From Flavobacteriales bacterium (GTDB taxonomy: Bacteria; Bacteroidota; Bacteroidia; Flavobacteriales_D; Sanyastnellaceae), in NCBI GenBank assembly GCA_046309775.1, contig JBKCOM010000187.1, positions 22,841 through 86,840 of the forward strand: a stretch of DNA of 64,000 nt, in the 5' to 3' direction. Shown in pieces: positions 30,153 to 39,520 of the stretch; position 1 is the first letter of the stretch; each line of letters opens with the position of its first letter. The notes below the pieces were generated by a model. The model was given only the letters and a program-made list of their open reading frames with translations, made no database searches and was not told the origin of the DNA. Both the position numbers and the translations under genes were made by a program.

Positions 30153-31193
30153 ATGAGTAAGATTCGTTTTGCCATTATTGGCGCTGGACATATTGGAAAA
30201 AGACATGCTGAGATGGTAGAGCGTCACCCTGAAGGTGAATTGGTGGCAATGGCTGATTTGAGATCAAAGGAAGAATGTGGAGTCGCTTATAATGTGCCTT
30301 TCTTCAATGATCCTTTAGAAATGATAAACAGTGGCCCAGAATGCGATGTGGTCTGTATCTGCTCACCAAACGGCCTCCATGCTCAGCATGCGCTGCTGGC
30401 TTTAAATGCGAAAAAACATGTGGTGGTAGAAAAGCCAATGGCTCTCACAAAATTGGATTGCGAACGAATTATTTTTACTTCTCTTCAAGTACAAAAGCAA
30501 GTGTTTTGTGTGATGCAAAACCGCTACAGCCCACCGAGTGCATGGATTAAAGACGTTATTGATAAAAATATTCTTGGAAAAATTTTCTTTGTCAATATCG
30601 ATTGCTACTGGAACCGCGATGATAGGTATTATAAAAAGAGCCCTTGGAAAGGAAGTTCCGAGCTCGATGGTGGAACGCTTTTCACGCAGTTTTCACACTT
30701 TATCGATATCATGTATTGGCTTTTTGGTGATATAGACAACATACAAGCGCGGTTCAGAGATTTTACGCATCTACACTCAACTAATTTCGAGGACAGTGGT
30801 TCTGTGACCTTCGATTTTCTGGCCGGCGGAATTGGAAGTTTTAATTTTTCAACTTCCGTTTTCAATAAAAATTTTGAAAGCACGCTCACCATTGTTGCAG
30901 AAAAAGGCACAGTGAAAATTGGTGGACAATACATGAATGAAGTAGTCTATTGTGATATTGAAAATTATCAAATGCCCGTGCTTCCGGAGGGCAATCCTGC
31001 CAACGACTATGGCGATTACAAGGGGAGCGCTGCCAACCATGTTTTTATTATTCAAAATGTGATTGACACAATCCTTGGAAGGACAAATATTACTACCAAC
31101 GCTCTTGAAGGATTAAAAGTGGTGGATATCATTGAGCGAATGTATGCGGCTGCTCCGCGTGCTATCAAACAGGTAGTTAAATTAGACTCTTGA
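30153..31193 (+). CDS. Gfo/Idh/MocA family NAD(P)-dependent oxidoreductase
   Basis: IRFAIIGAGHIGKRH Rossmann motif and the EKP motif (VVVEKPMAL). The start is set at the ATG at 30153. Confidence 0.85.
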   Translation: MSKIRFAIIGAGHIGKRHAEMVERHPEGELVAMADLRSKEECGVAYNVPFFNDPLEMINSGPECDVVCICSPNGLHAQHALLALNAKKHVVVEKPMALTKLDCERIIFTSLQVQKQVFCVMQNRYSPPSAWIKDVIDKNILGKIFFVNIDCYWNRDDRYYKKSPWKGSSELDGGTLFTQFSHFIDIMYWLFGDIDNIQARFRDFTHLHSTNFEDSGSVTFDFLAGGIGSFNFSTSVFNKNFESTLTIVAEKGTVKIGGQYMNEVVYCDIENYQMPVLPEGNPANDYGDYKGSAANHVFIIQNVIDTILGRTNITTNALEGLKVVDIIERMYAAAPRAIKQVVKLDS

Positions 31194-31200
31194 CAATTCT

Positions 31201-32145
31201 ATGAAAGTCATTCCCGTTGATGCCAGTGACGAAAGCGGCTTTGATTTAATTCAATCAAGGTGCAACGAGGTGTACTCCTCAAAAGAATGGTCGTACGCTT
31301 ATTCAAAGGGTTTAAAGCGTTTTGCAATACACGCAGACAACGGAGATATTATTGGTGGTTGGGTGGCTTATGAAAGAAAAAAGTGGGGATTGAAAATGTT
31401 AATCACGCCACCGTTTGCTTCACATTGCGGTTTGTTTTTTTTATCTGATAAAAAAAATCCAAGTGGCATTCAAACGGATATCAAAAAGTGCATGGAAGCC
31501 ATCGCTTCTTTTTTGATTTCATCTTCATATCATTATTTTAAAATAGAATTTCCTCCTGAGTTCCAGGATTTTCAAAGCTTTATCTGGAAAGGGGTAAGCG
31601 TAGATACTCGCTACACTTATCTGCTTTCTTTAAACTCTTCAATCGATGTTATTGAAACAGCGTTTGACCCCAAGTTGAGAAATAAAATTACTAAAGGCAA
31701 AAACGCTGGTCTGGTAGTGAGTTTTGAAAAAAATATTCAAATTGCTCACCGCCTATTTACTGATAATTTGAAGAAAAAAAGTATCACATGGAATGATGAG
31801 ATATTGAAGTCGCTGATGGGATTATCAGAGATGCAGGGCGTAATTGTTTATGAAAATGAAAAGCCAACTGCGGTAGCGATGTTTTGCGGTCAGAATGAAA
31901 AGTGTTATTACCTATTTGGATCTACAGATAAAGGCAATAGCAATAGCTCCGCTGGTCCGATGGCACTCTATCACGCCATCATCAAGGCCAAAGAGAAGGG
32001 CTTTAGTATTTTCGATTTTGAAGGTTCCATGCTGCCAGAGGTAGAGCAGTTCTTTAGACAATTTGGAGGAAAACTAACTCCACTATACAGTATAAAAGGC
32101 GGACGGGGCCTATGGCCCCGTCTCATCCGTCTTTATTTGAAGTGA
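31201..32145 (+). CDS. GNAT-fold, FemAB/BioF2-like acyl- or aminoacyl-transferase family protein
   Basis: 314-aa ORF starting 7 nt after the oxidoreductase. Overall size and the C-terminal YHAIIKAKEKGFSIFDFEGS...FFRQFGG segment resemble FemAB-like acetyltransferase-fold proteins. The assignment is tentative. Confidence 0.5.
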   Translation: MKVIPVDASDESGFDLIQSRCNEVYSSKEWSYAYSKGLKRFAIHADNGDIIGGWVAYERKKWGLKMLITPPFASHCGLFFLSDKKNPSGIQTDIKKCMEAIASFLISSSYHYFKIEFPPEFQDFQSFIWKGVSVDTRYTYLLSLNSSIDVIETAFDPKLRNKITKGKNAGLVVSFEKNIQIAHRLFTDNLKKKSITWNDEILKSLMGLSEMQGVIVYENEKPTAVAMFCGQNEKCYYLFGSTDKGNSNSSAGPMALYHAIIKAKEKGFSIFDFEGSMLPEVEQFFRQFGGKLTPLYSIKGGRGLWPRLIRLYLK

Positions 32146-32149
32146 TTAC

Positions 32150-32878
32150 TTATCCGTTGATGGAGTCGTAAGTCACTTTGAATTCTTTGTCATTTTGAAA
32201 CCACTCCATTCCCAATTCCATCCACTCTTTAGCTTCTCCTTTGCTGCCTTCGTCATTTAGACGTAAGGAGTAAGTAATAAGCGCGTTTTTCAAAAGGTCT
32301 GACAACTCTTTGTTATTGGTTTTAGCTGTTTTGTCAGCGAGCATGGCTTTTGCCGTTGCAAATGCTGTTTCAGCTTCTTTTTTACTCTTCAATGCAATGA
32401 AGGTCATTCCAAGGTAGATATGCGCTCCAGCATCCTTTTCTTCCAAATTGATCAAGTAGCTGTACATGGATTTCGCTTTGGTGTACTTCGCTTGATCCAT
32501 CATCAACTCTCCTTCGGCAATGATTGCATAACGCAGCTTTGCGAAGAAATCTTCGTATTCAGCATAATACACACGGTCCTTGTCCTTTGATGCGTAAGCT
32601 TTCAAGTATTTCAAACACATTTTGAAAGCGTCTGGATAACGAGCGCGCAAATCGTCTTTTTTGTTGATTTCAAAGTATGACATACTCAAAAAGAGATATG
32701 GCATTGCATCTTTTTTAGTATCCTCGTCTTCGGTATAACCCGTAGCTTTTTGTACTACTTTGTCATATTTCTCACTTACGAAAAGTGTCAGTAGATCTTT
32801 GTACTCTCTGCTATCTTGCGCGAGAAGGGATAGTGAACTTGAAAGTATTACGGCCAACGCCAATGCGATTTTTTTCAT
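32150..32878 (-). CDS. Secreted helical-repeat (TPR-like) protein
   Basis: Signal peptide MKKIALALAVILSSSLSLLAQ (start set at the internal ATG at 32878). The remainder is helical with TPR-like A/Y/L spacing. Confidence 0.55.
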   Translation of the reverse strand: MKKIALALAVILSSSLSLLAQDSREYKDLLTLFVSEKYDKVVQKATGYTEDEDTKKDAMPYLFLSMSYFEINKKDDLRARYPDAFKMCLKYLKAYASKDKDRVYYAEYEDFFAKLRYAIIAEGELMMDQAKYTKAKSMYSYLINLEEKDAGAHIYLGMTFIALKSKKEAETAFATAKAMLADKTAKTNNKELSDLLKNALITYSLRLNDEGSKGEAKEWMELGMEWFQNDKEFKVTYDSING

Positions 32879-32963
32879 TCCTTTGGATTTTTGAGTCGGA
32901 TTTTTCAAAAACAATGCCTAAAGTAATATGTCTTATTGCATATTGCCAAATGCAAGGCGATTT

Positions 32964-35417
32964 ATGAAGAAAAAAAATAATTCCCCCAATAAACTGGGGA
33001 CAAATATCGTAGAACTTTCTCAATCTTGGATGCACAAAAGAGGGTGGCAGCCAATGCCCTTTCAAATGGAGGCATGGCAGGCCTACTCACAATGCCAAGA
33101 GGGCCTTGTAAATGCCCCAACAGGAAGCGGAAAAACATACAGTTTGTTGCTGCCCGCCCTTATTAATGCCGCAAATCACCCTGAACTGGCAGGTCTTCGA
33201 ATTATTTGGATTACTCCTATCCGCGCACTCGCTAAGGAAATTCTTCAAAGTGCTCTAAGGGTTATTGATGAACTTCAATTGCCGCTACAAGCGGGCATCA
33301 GAACAGGTGATACTTCAGAATCCGAAAGGGCTGCACAAAAAAAGTCATTCCCGCACCTGCTCATCACTACTCCTGAAAGCCTTCACTTATTATTGGCTTC
33401 AAAAAATTGCTCGACAATTTTTGCAAACCTAGATTTACTGGTTGCTGACGAATGGCACGAACTGCTTTCTTCTAAAAGAGGTGCGATGCTTGAATTGGCT
33501 AATTCTCGCTTGCGTGCGATGTCTCCATCATTGAAAATTTGGGGCATTAGTGCCACTATTGGCAATCTTCAGCAGGCTCTAGAAGTGTTGGTCTTCAATC
33601 GAAAAGGTATTATCGTTCGTGCAGGGCATGAGAAAAAGATAGAAATCGTTTCCATCATGCCCGATGAAGTAGAGAAGATGCCGTGGGCGGGGCATTTGGG
33701 CATCAAAATGCTTCATAGAGTTGTTCCGATTATCAATGGTAGTAGGAGCACGCTTCTATTTACCAATACTAGAGCGCAATGTGAGATTTGGTATCGCAAT
33801 ATTCTCGAGCATGATCTTAGTCTCTCAGGCATCATTGCGATGCATCATGGCAGTATTTCTAAAGAATTGCGCCACTGGGTAGAGGATGCCATCAGTGATG
33901 GCCGTCTAAAGGCAGTTGTTTGCACCTCGAGCTTAGACTTGGGTGTGGATTTCGCTCCAGTAGAATCTATTGTTCAAATCGGCGGCCCAAAGGGTGTTGC
34001 GCGTTTTTTACAGCGTGCCGGTAGAAGCGGTCACCGCCCTGATGCGTTGAGTAAGATTTATTTTTTGCCAACACACTCGCTCGAGTTGATCGAGGCAGCA
34101 GCCCTGAGAGAGGCAGTACGCACATCTTTTATCGAAAATCGAGAACCCGTTATTCGAGCGTTTGATGTGCTCATTCAATACCTGATTACCCTATCTGTTG
34201 GAGAAGGATTTGAAGCGGAAAAAGTTTATGATGAGGTGCGAAATACCTACTGCTTTAGCACCATTAGCGAAGAGGAATGGAAGTGGATCATTTATTTCAC
34301 AGCTTCTGGGGGCGATTCGCTAAGTGCCTATCCTGATTACAATAAACTCATTTTAAAAGATGGTAAATATGTTATTGCCAATCAAAGGCTGGCACGACGT
34401 CACCGAATGTCCATCGGTGCTATTGTCGGCGATACAATGATGATGATTAAGTTCAAGCGAGGTGGACTGATTGGGCATGTCGAAGAAAGTTTTATAGCTT
34501 CATTGAATGAGGGTGATTCATTCTGGTTTGCGGGTATAGGTCTTGAGCTGATTCAGGTGAAAGAACTCACTGCATATGTGAGAAAATCCGAAAAAATGAC
34601 GGGCAAAATTCCCAGTTGGCAGGGAGGTACGCTTCCCCTAACGAGCCGCATGTCGCATATGATTCGTAAGAAACTGACTGAAGTTGCAAACAACGATCTC
34701 GGTGATGACCCCGAACTGAGCAAAATTGTACCAATCATAGATTTGCAGCGAGAACGCAGCCATGTGCCAGCTCAAAATGAATTTTTAATCGAAATTTTCG
34801 AGTCAAAAGATGGACATCATGCGATGTTTTACCCTTTTGAAGGAAGGGCAGTGCATCAAGGTTTGGCTTCACTGTTTGCATACCGTATAGGCAAATTATA
34901 TCCTTTATCACTTTCTCTCGCCTATAATGACTACGGTTTCGAATTGCTTTGTGACCAGCGCATCCCGATTGAAGAGGCTCTGGGAGCTGCACTCACAGAT
35001 GTCAACGATCTCGAACGAGATATGCTCGCTGGAGTGAACGCTACAGAACTCGCTAAGAGGAAATTCAGAGATATCGCAGCCATCGCTGGACTCATCTTCA
35101 AAGGTTTTCCCGGACAGCAGCTCAAAGATAGACACCTTCAAAGCTCTAGTCAGCTGATATTTAAGGTGTTCGAAGATTATGATCCCTATAATTTGCTTTA
35201 CAAACAGTCCTATGAAGAGGTACTTCAGCACCAACTCGAGTTACCTCGTCTGAGGGATGCCCTTCAAAGAATAAATGGCCAGAAGATTATTTTGAAATAT
35301 CCCGAAAAGCCCACGCCTTTTGCGTTTCCAATAATGGTGGATCGCTTGAGAGAGAAAATGACGAGTGAAACTTTAGAGGACAGGGTAGGGAAAATGACAC
35401 TTGAGTTTGAAGAATAA
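32964..35417 (+). CDS. Ligase-associated DNA damage response DEXH-box helicase (Lhr-like)
   Basis: About 817 aa from the ATG at 32964. It has Walker A NAPTGSGKT, the DExH box VADEWHEL, helicase motif VI QRAGRSGH and a long Lhr-type C-terminal domain. Confidence 0.85.
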   Translation: MKKKNNSPNKLGTNIVELSQSWMHKRGWQPMPFQMEAWQAYSQCQEGLVNAPTGSGKTYSLLLPALINAANHPELAGLRIIWITPIRALAKEILQSALRVIDELQLPLQAGIRTGDTSESERAAQKKSFPHLLITTPESLHLLLASKNCSTIFANLDLLVADEWHELLSSKRGAMLELANSRLRAMSPSLKIWGISATIGNLQQALEVLVFNRKGIIVRAGHEKKIEIVSIMPDEVEKMPWAGHLGIKMLHRVVPIINGSRSTLLFTNTRAQCEIWYRNILEHDLSLSGIIAMHHGSISKELRHWVEDAISDGRLKAVVCTSSLDLGVDFAPVESIVQIGGPKGVARFLQRAGRSGHRPDALSKIYFLPTHSLELIEAAALREAVRTSFIENREPVIRAFDVLIQYLITLSVGEGFEAEKVYDEVRNTYCFSTISEEEWKWIIYFTASGGDSLSAYPDYNKLILKDGKYVIANQRLARRHRMSIGAIVGDTMMMIKFKRGGLIGHVEESFIASLNEGDSFWFAGIGLELIQVKELTAYVRKSEKMTGKIPSWQGGTLPLTSRMSHMIRKKLTEVANNDLGDDPELSKIVPIIDLQRERSHVPAQNEFLIEIFESKDGHHAMFYPFEGRAVHQGLASLFAYRIGKLYPLSLSLAYNDYGFELLCDQRIPIEEALGAALTDVNDLERDMLAGVNATELAKRKFRDIAAIAGLIFKGFPGQQLKDRHLQSSSQLIFKVFEDYDPYNLLYKQSYEEVLQHQLELPRLRDALQRINGQKIILKYPEKPTPFAFPIMVDRLREKMTSETLEDRVGKMTLEFEE

Positions 35418-35512
35418 CCGACAGACCTGCTACAATTGCCAATTTATTGTTGGGGAAAGTTGATTTAAAACCCTTTCGGATGCATTACTTTCGCGTCCGC
35501 ACGAAACCTGTT

Positions 35513-37834
35513 ATGATGTTTTTGAAAAAAATACTACTTGGCCTCGCCTTTTGTTTTTCTACTCTTGCCCTCCTTTCTCAAGGCACAGTGAGAGGATTTG
35601 TAAAAAACGCTGAGAACGGTGAGCCTGCAATTTTTATCACCGTTGGCCTAGATGGAACCACCTTCGGCGCCGTGACTGATGAAAATGGATATTACTCCAT
35701 CACGAAAGTTCCAGCTGGCACTTATACGCTTATCGCCAAGTCTAGTGAATTCAAAGAGTTTCGTCAAGAAGTCAAGATCGAGGCGAATAGAATTGCCAAT
35801 ATCAACATCAATCTGGAAGTGAGCGTGAATGAACTCGGGGAGATTGAGATCAGTAGTGACAAGAGTGATCAAAAAAATAACGTAAACATTTCCGTTGAGT
35901 CCATTCGTATTCAAGATATCAAGCGCATCCCTTCGGTGGGCGGTCAACCCGATCTTGTTCAAGTGCTTACAACACTACCCGGTTTTGTGAGTACGGGCGA
36001 CCAAGGCGGACAAATATTTATTCGTGGTGGTAGTCCAGTTCAAAACAAGGTCTTGCTCGATGGTATGATTGTCTACAATCCATTTCACAGTATTGGTTTG
36101 TTTTCAGTTTTTGATACCGAAATCATTGCGAATGCCGATGTTTACACGGGTGGTTTCGGCGCTCAATATGGTGGACGAATTTCTTCTGTGATGGATATTA
36201 CTACGAGAGATGGTAACAAGAAAGAAATTAAAGGCCGTGCTGGTGTGAATCCTTTTGGCGCTCGTGCACTTGTGGAAGGCCCTATCGTGCCTCAGTCGAA
36301 CAATCGAGGAGGAATTTCATTTGTACTAAGCGGTAAACATTCTTACCTAGATCAGTCTTCACAGGTGTTGTATCCCTATGTAAACGATGGCGAAGGTCTA
36401 CCTTTCAACTATTCGGATTTATACGGAAAAATTTCATTTAATGGCATGAATGGTTCCAAGCTCAATTTGTTTGGATTCTCTTTCGAAGACGAGGTTACTC
36501 GATACCAAAACTTGTCAAATCTTAGCTGGAACAACATTGGATTCGGGGGTAATTTCGTAGTGGTGCCTCAAGGCAGTCCGGTCCTTATTAGCGGTAACTT
36601 CTCCCGCAGCCGTTATGGTATCGCTTTGTTTGAAGAAAATAACGCGCCTCGCGCCGACACTATCACAAGCTTTAATTTCGGACTAGACTTTAAGTATAGC
36701 ATTGGAGAGGATGCATTACAATACGGGCTGGATGTAGTAGGTTTTAGCACTAAATTCAATAGCTTCAATCCGCTGGGTATTATTATCGAACAAGAACAAA
36801 GCACTACCGAATTGAATGGCTATGTGAGCTACAAATACAATCGCAAACGTTTGATCATCGAGCCAGGTTTTAGGATTCAGTATTACGCGGCATTGAGCGT
36901 ATTTAGCCCAGAACCTAGACTTGGATTCAAGTTCAAAGCTACCGAGCGTCTACGCTTTAAAGGAGCTGCGGGTATTTATTCTCAAAACCTTATGGCCACT
37001 AACAGTGACCGCGACGTTGTCAACTTATTTTACGGATTCTTAGCAGGCCCTGAAAATCTTCAATCAGAATTCACAACGCCAAATGAAGAAGTGAGAGAAG
37101 TAGCTAATCCATTGCAAAAAGCCATTCACTACATCGCTGGATTTGAATTCGACATCACAGAAAAACTCAATTTGAATGTAGAGGGTTATTACAGAGATTT
37201 CACTCAGGTAACCAATCTTAATAGAAACAAGCTCTTCCCAGATGATGCAGCGAATTTCTTCAGACCAGATGTGCTTCGTAAAGATTTTATTGTAGAAAGC
37301 GGTTGGGCAGCGGGTGCTGATGTCGTTTTGAAATACGAAGAGAAAAATACATATCTCTATTTGGTTTATTCACTCGGAAGAGTGCGCCGTTGGGATGGAT
37401 TTGCGTGGTACGATCCAGTGTTTGACCGCCGCCACAATATAAACTTTGTAGCATCTCAAAAATTTGGCGAAAAGAGAACATGGGAAGTTTCTATGCGATG
37501 GAATCTTGGTAGTGGATTGCCTTTCACGCAGACTCAAGGTTATTATCAAGCTACCGGTACTTCTGGTGGCATTGCTTCTGATTATTTGACACAAAATGCA
37601 GATGCCCTTACCATTCAATACGGAAATCTTAACGGAGGCCGTTTGCCCTACTACCACCGCCTCGATTTCAATGTGCGCAAGGATGTAAAGTTCAAGCGCA
37701 GTGCCCTTGAGTTGAATGCTGGCGTAACCAATGCCTATAATCGTGCGAACGTGTTTTATATTGATCGAATTACAGCAGAACGCGTCGACCAATTGCCGAT
37801 TCTTCCAACCTTTGGTATAGACTTTTCTTTTTAA
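35513..37834 (+). CDS. TonB-dependent receptor with N-terminal carboxypeptidase-regulatory-like domain
   Basis: Signal peptide MMFLKKILLGLAFCFSTLALLSQ, then a CarbopepD_reg-like segment (GTVRGFV...TDENGYYSI...GTYTL). Plug and barrel regions follow and the terminal residue is Phe. No SusD partner is present. Confidence 0.85.
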   Translation: MMFLKKILLGLAFCFSTLALLSQGTVRGFVKNAENGEPAIFITVGLDGTTFGAVTDENGYYSITKVPAGTYTLIAKSSEFKEFRQEVKIEANRIANININLEVSVNELGEIEISSDKSDQKNNVNISVESIRIQDIKRIPSVGGQPDLVQVLTTLPGFVSTGDQGGQIFIRGGSPVQNKVLLDGMIVYNPFHSIGLFSVFDTEIIANADVYTGGFGAQYGGRISSVMDITTRDGNKKEIKGRAGVNPFGARALVEGPIVPQSNNRGGISFVLSGKHSYLDQSSQVLYPYVNDGEGLPFNYSDLYGKISFNGMNGSKLNLFGFSFEDEVTRYQNLSNLSWNNIGFGGNFVVVPQGSPVLISGNFSRSRYGIALFEENNAPRADTITSFNFGLDFKYSIGEDALQYGLDVVGFSTKFNSFNPLGIIIEQEQSTTELNGYVSYKYNRKRLIIEPGFRIQYYAALSVFSPEPRLGFKFKATERLRFKGAAGIYSQNLMATNSDRDVVNLFYGFLAGPENLQSEFTTPNEEVREVANPLQKAIHYIAGFEFDITEKLNLNVEGYYRDFTQVTNLNRNKLFPDDAANFFRPDVLRKDFIVESGWAAGADVVLKYEEKNTYLYLVYSLGRVRRWDGFAWYDPVFDRRHNINFVASQKFGEKRTWEVSMRWNLGSGLPFTQTQGYYQATGTSGGIASDYLTQNADALTIQYGNLNGGRLPYYHRLDFNVRKDVKFKRSALELNAGVTNAYNRANVFYIDRITAERVDQLPILPTFGIDFSF

Positions 37835-37855
37835 TAGAAAATAAGAGATAAAAAT

Positions 37856-37885
37856 AAGAGCTCGTGCTATTGCATGAGCTCTTTT
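37856..37885. terminator. Hairpin terminator between the convergent TonB receptor and recN genes
   Basis: AAGAGCTCGTGC / GCATGAGCTCTT stem (one G-U pair) with a TATT loop. Both flanks are T-rich when read in the direction of transcription. It overlaps the recN stop codon. Confidence 0.6.
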
Positions 37886-39519
37886 GCATTTTCAAGAGAT
37901 GCTTTCGTGACATTCTTTCCACTAAGCATCTCCGCGATTTCTTGAATTCGCTTTTCTTGGTTGAGTGGAGATACTTTTGTAGTGGTAGTATCTTCTCCAG
38001 TTTCTTTAAAAACTTTCATGTGATGTTGCGCTTGTCCCGCTATCTGCGGCAAGTGCGTGATGGTGATGAGCTGCATTTCTCCGCTCATACGCTTGAGTAT
38101 CGAACCAATTTTTTTTCCAACCTCTCCGCTTACACCTTGATCTATTTCATCCAAAATAAGCACAGGCAATTGATTTAATTTACTCACCGATGCTTTTAAT
38201 GCAAGCATTACCCTTGAAATTTCGCCGCCTGATGCTACTTGTTTGATTGGCAAAAGCTGTCCACCTTTATTTGCTCGGAAGAGAATTTGTATCTCATCCT
38301 TTCCATAGTTATGAAAATCTTTTGATGGTTTCAAATCAAATATTAATTCAGCATGTTGAAGACTTAATTCTTCAAAAAATGCCGTCACATCTTTGGTGGC
38401 TTTGATACTGGCCTTTTCTCTCGAACTTGTGAGCTTTTCAGAGATAGAACCGAGCGTTTGTTCGGTTTTTTTAATTTCGCTTTCTATGCGTTGAATCTCT
38501 TCATCAACGGAAGCATATTTTCCTACTTTATCTTCTAATGCATCTCTAAGTTCTATGAGCTCTCGAGTGCTGGCCAGTCGGTGTTTTTGTTGTAGGTGAA
38601 ATAATTGACCCAACAGATCATTGATTTCCTCCATGCGTCCAGGGTCAATGGAAACGCTGTCGCTGTAGAGATCTAAATCACGAGAAATTTCTCGGAGCTC
38701 AATGCTCACCGATTCCAATCGCTGGAGAAAATCATCGAGTTGTTTATTGATAGCACTTATTTTCTGTAGACTGCTTTTACAACTTGAAAGTGATGGTAAT
38801 ATACCGCCTTGCTCTCCGTCGAGCGTATCTACGATACCAGATATAATTGTTTTTATCGTACCTGCATTATTGAGCGTGCTCTGTTCGTCTTCTAAAGCAA
38901 TCTGGTCAATATTTTCAAGACCAATTTTCTTGAGTTCTTCTAATTGAAATGTGAAATAGTCAAGGTCTTGTTTCATACGCGCCTCATTCTCTTTGAGGTC
39001 GTGCAGCTCTTCTACGAGCGTTTTATAATGCTTGAATAGCTCGCGATATTCTTTGAGCAAGGCATCGTTTTGGGCATACGCATCCAAAATACCAAATTGA
39101 AAACTGCGGTCGCCAAGAATTGAATTCTCGTGTTGACTATGTATATCCACTAAGCGCTCTCCCAGTGATTTTAGTACCTGAAGAGAAACGGGAGTATCGT
39201 TGATAAATGCTCTAGACTTGCCGCCTGGAGCAATTTCTCTACGAATGGTAGATTGCTTTTCGTAGTCAAGATCATTTTCTTCAAAGAATTTTTTTAGAGA
39301 AAAATTCTCAATGTCGAACACGGCTTCTACAATGCATTTTTTGTCTTGATACTTGATAGACTTGCTATCTGCACGCTCGCCGAGCAAGAGGCCAAAGGCT
39401 CCCAATAGAATGGATTTTCCACTTCCGGTTTCGCCTGTGATAGCTGTGAATCCGCGATCAAACTTCAACGCCACTTCATCTATCAATCCATAATTGATCA
39501 CTTGTAAATTCTTCAGCAT
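37867..39519 (-). CDS. recN: DNA repair protein RecN
   Basis: 550-aa SMC-like protein with Walker A GETGSGKSI, a long coiled-coil, a SGGE signature and LILDEID Walker B. Confidence 0.95.
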   Translation of the reverse strand: MLKNLQVINYGLIDEVALKFDRGFTAITGETGSGKSILLGAFGLLLGERADSKSIKYQDKKCIVEAVFDIENFSLKKFFEENDLDYEKQSTIRREIAPGGKSRAFINDTPVSLQVLKSLGERLVDIHSQHENSILGDRSFQFGILDAYAQNDALLKEYRELFKHYKTLVEELHDLKENEARMKQDLDYFTFQLEELKKIGLENIDQIALEDEQSTLNNAGTIKTIISGIVDTLDGEQGGILPSLSSCKSSLQKISAINKQLDDFLQRLESVSIELREISRDLDLYSDSVSIDPGRMEEINDLLGQLFHLQQKHRLASTRELIELRDALEDKVGKYASVDEEIQRIESEIKKTEQTLGSISEKLTSSREKASIKATKDVTAFFEELSLQHAELIFDLKPSKDFHNYGKDEIQILFRANKGGQLLPIKQVASGGEISRVMLALKASVSKLNQLPVLILDEIDQGVSGEVGKKIGSILKRMSGEMQLITITHLPQIAGQAQHHMKVFKETGEDTTTTKVSPLNQEKRIQEIAEMLSGKNVTKASLENAKELMQ

Positions 39520-39520
39520 A

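Noticed and set aside
35418-35512. Possible cobalamin or other riboswitch upstream of the TonB-dependent receptor, prompted by the nearby BtuF-like gene.
   Set aside because: The leader is only about 95 nt and lacks a recognisable B12-box or multi-stem structure. It is too short for a cobalamin riboswitch.
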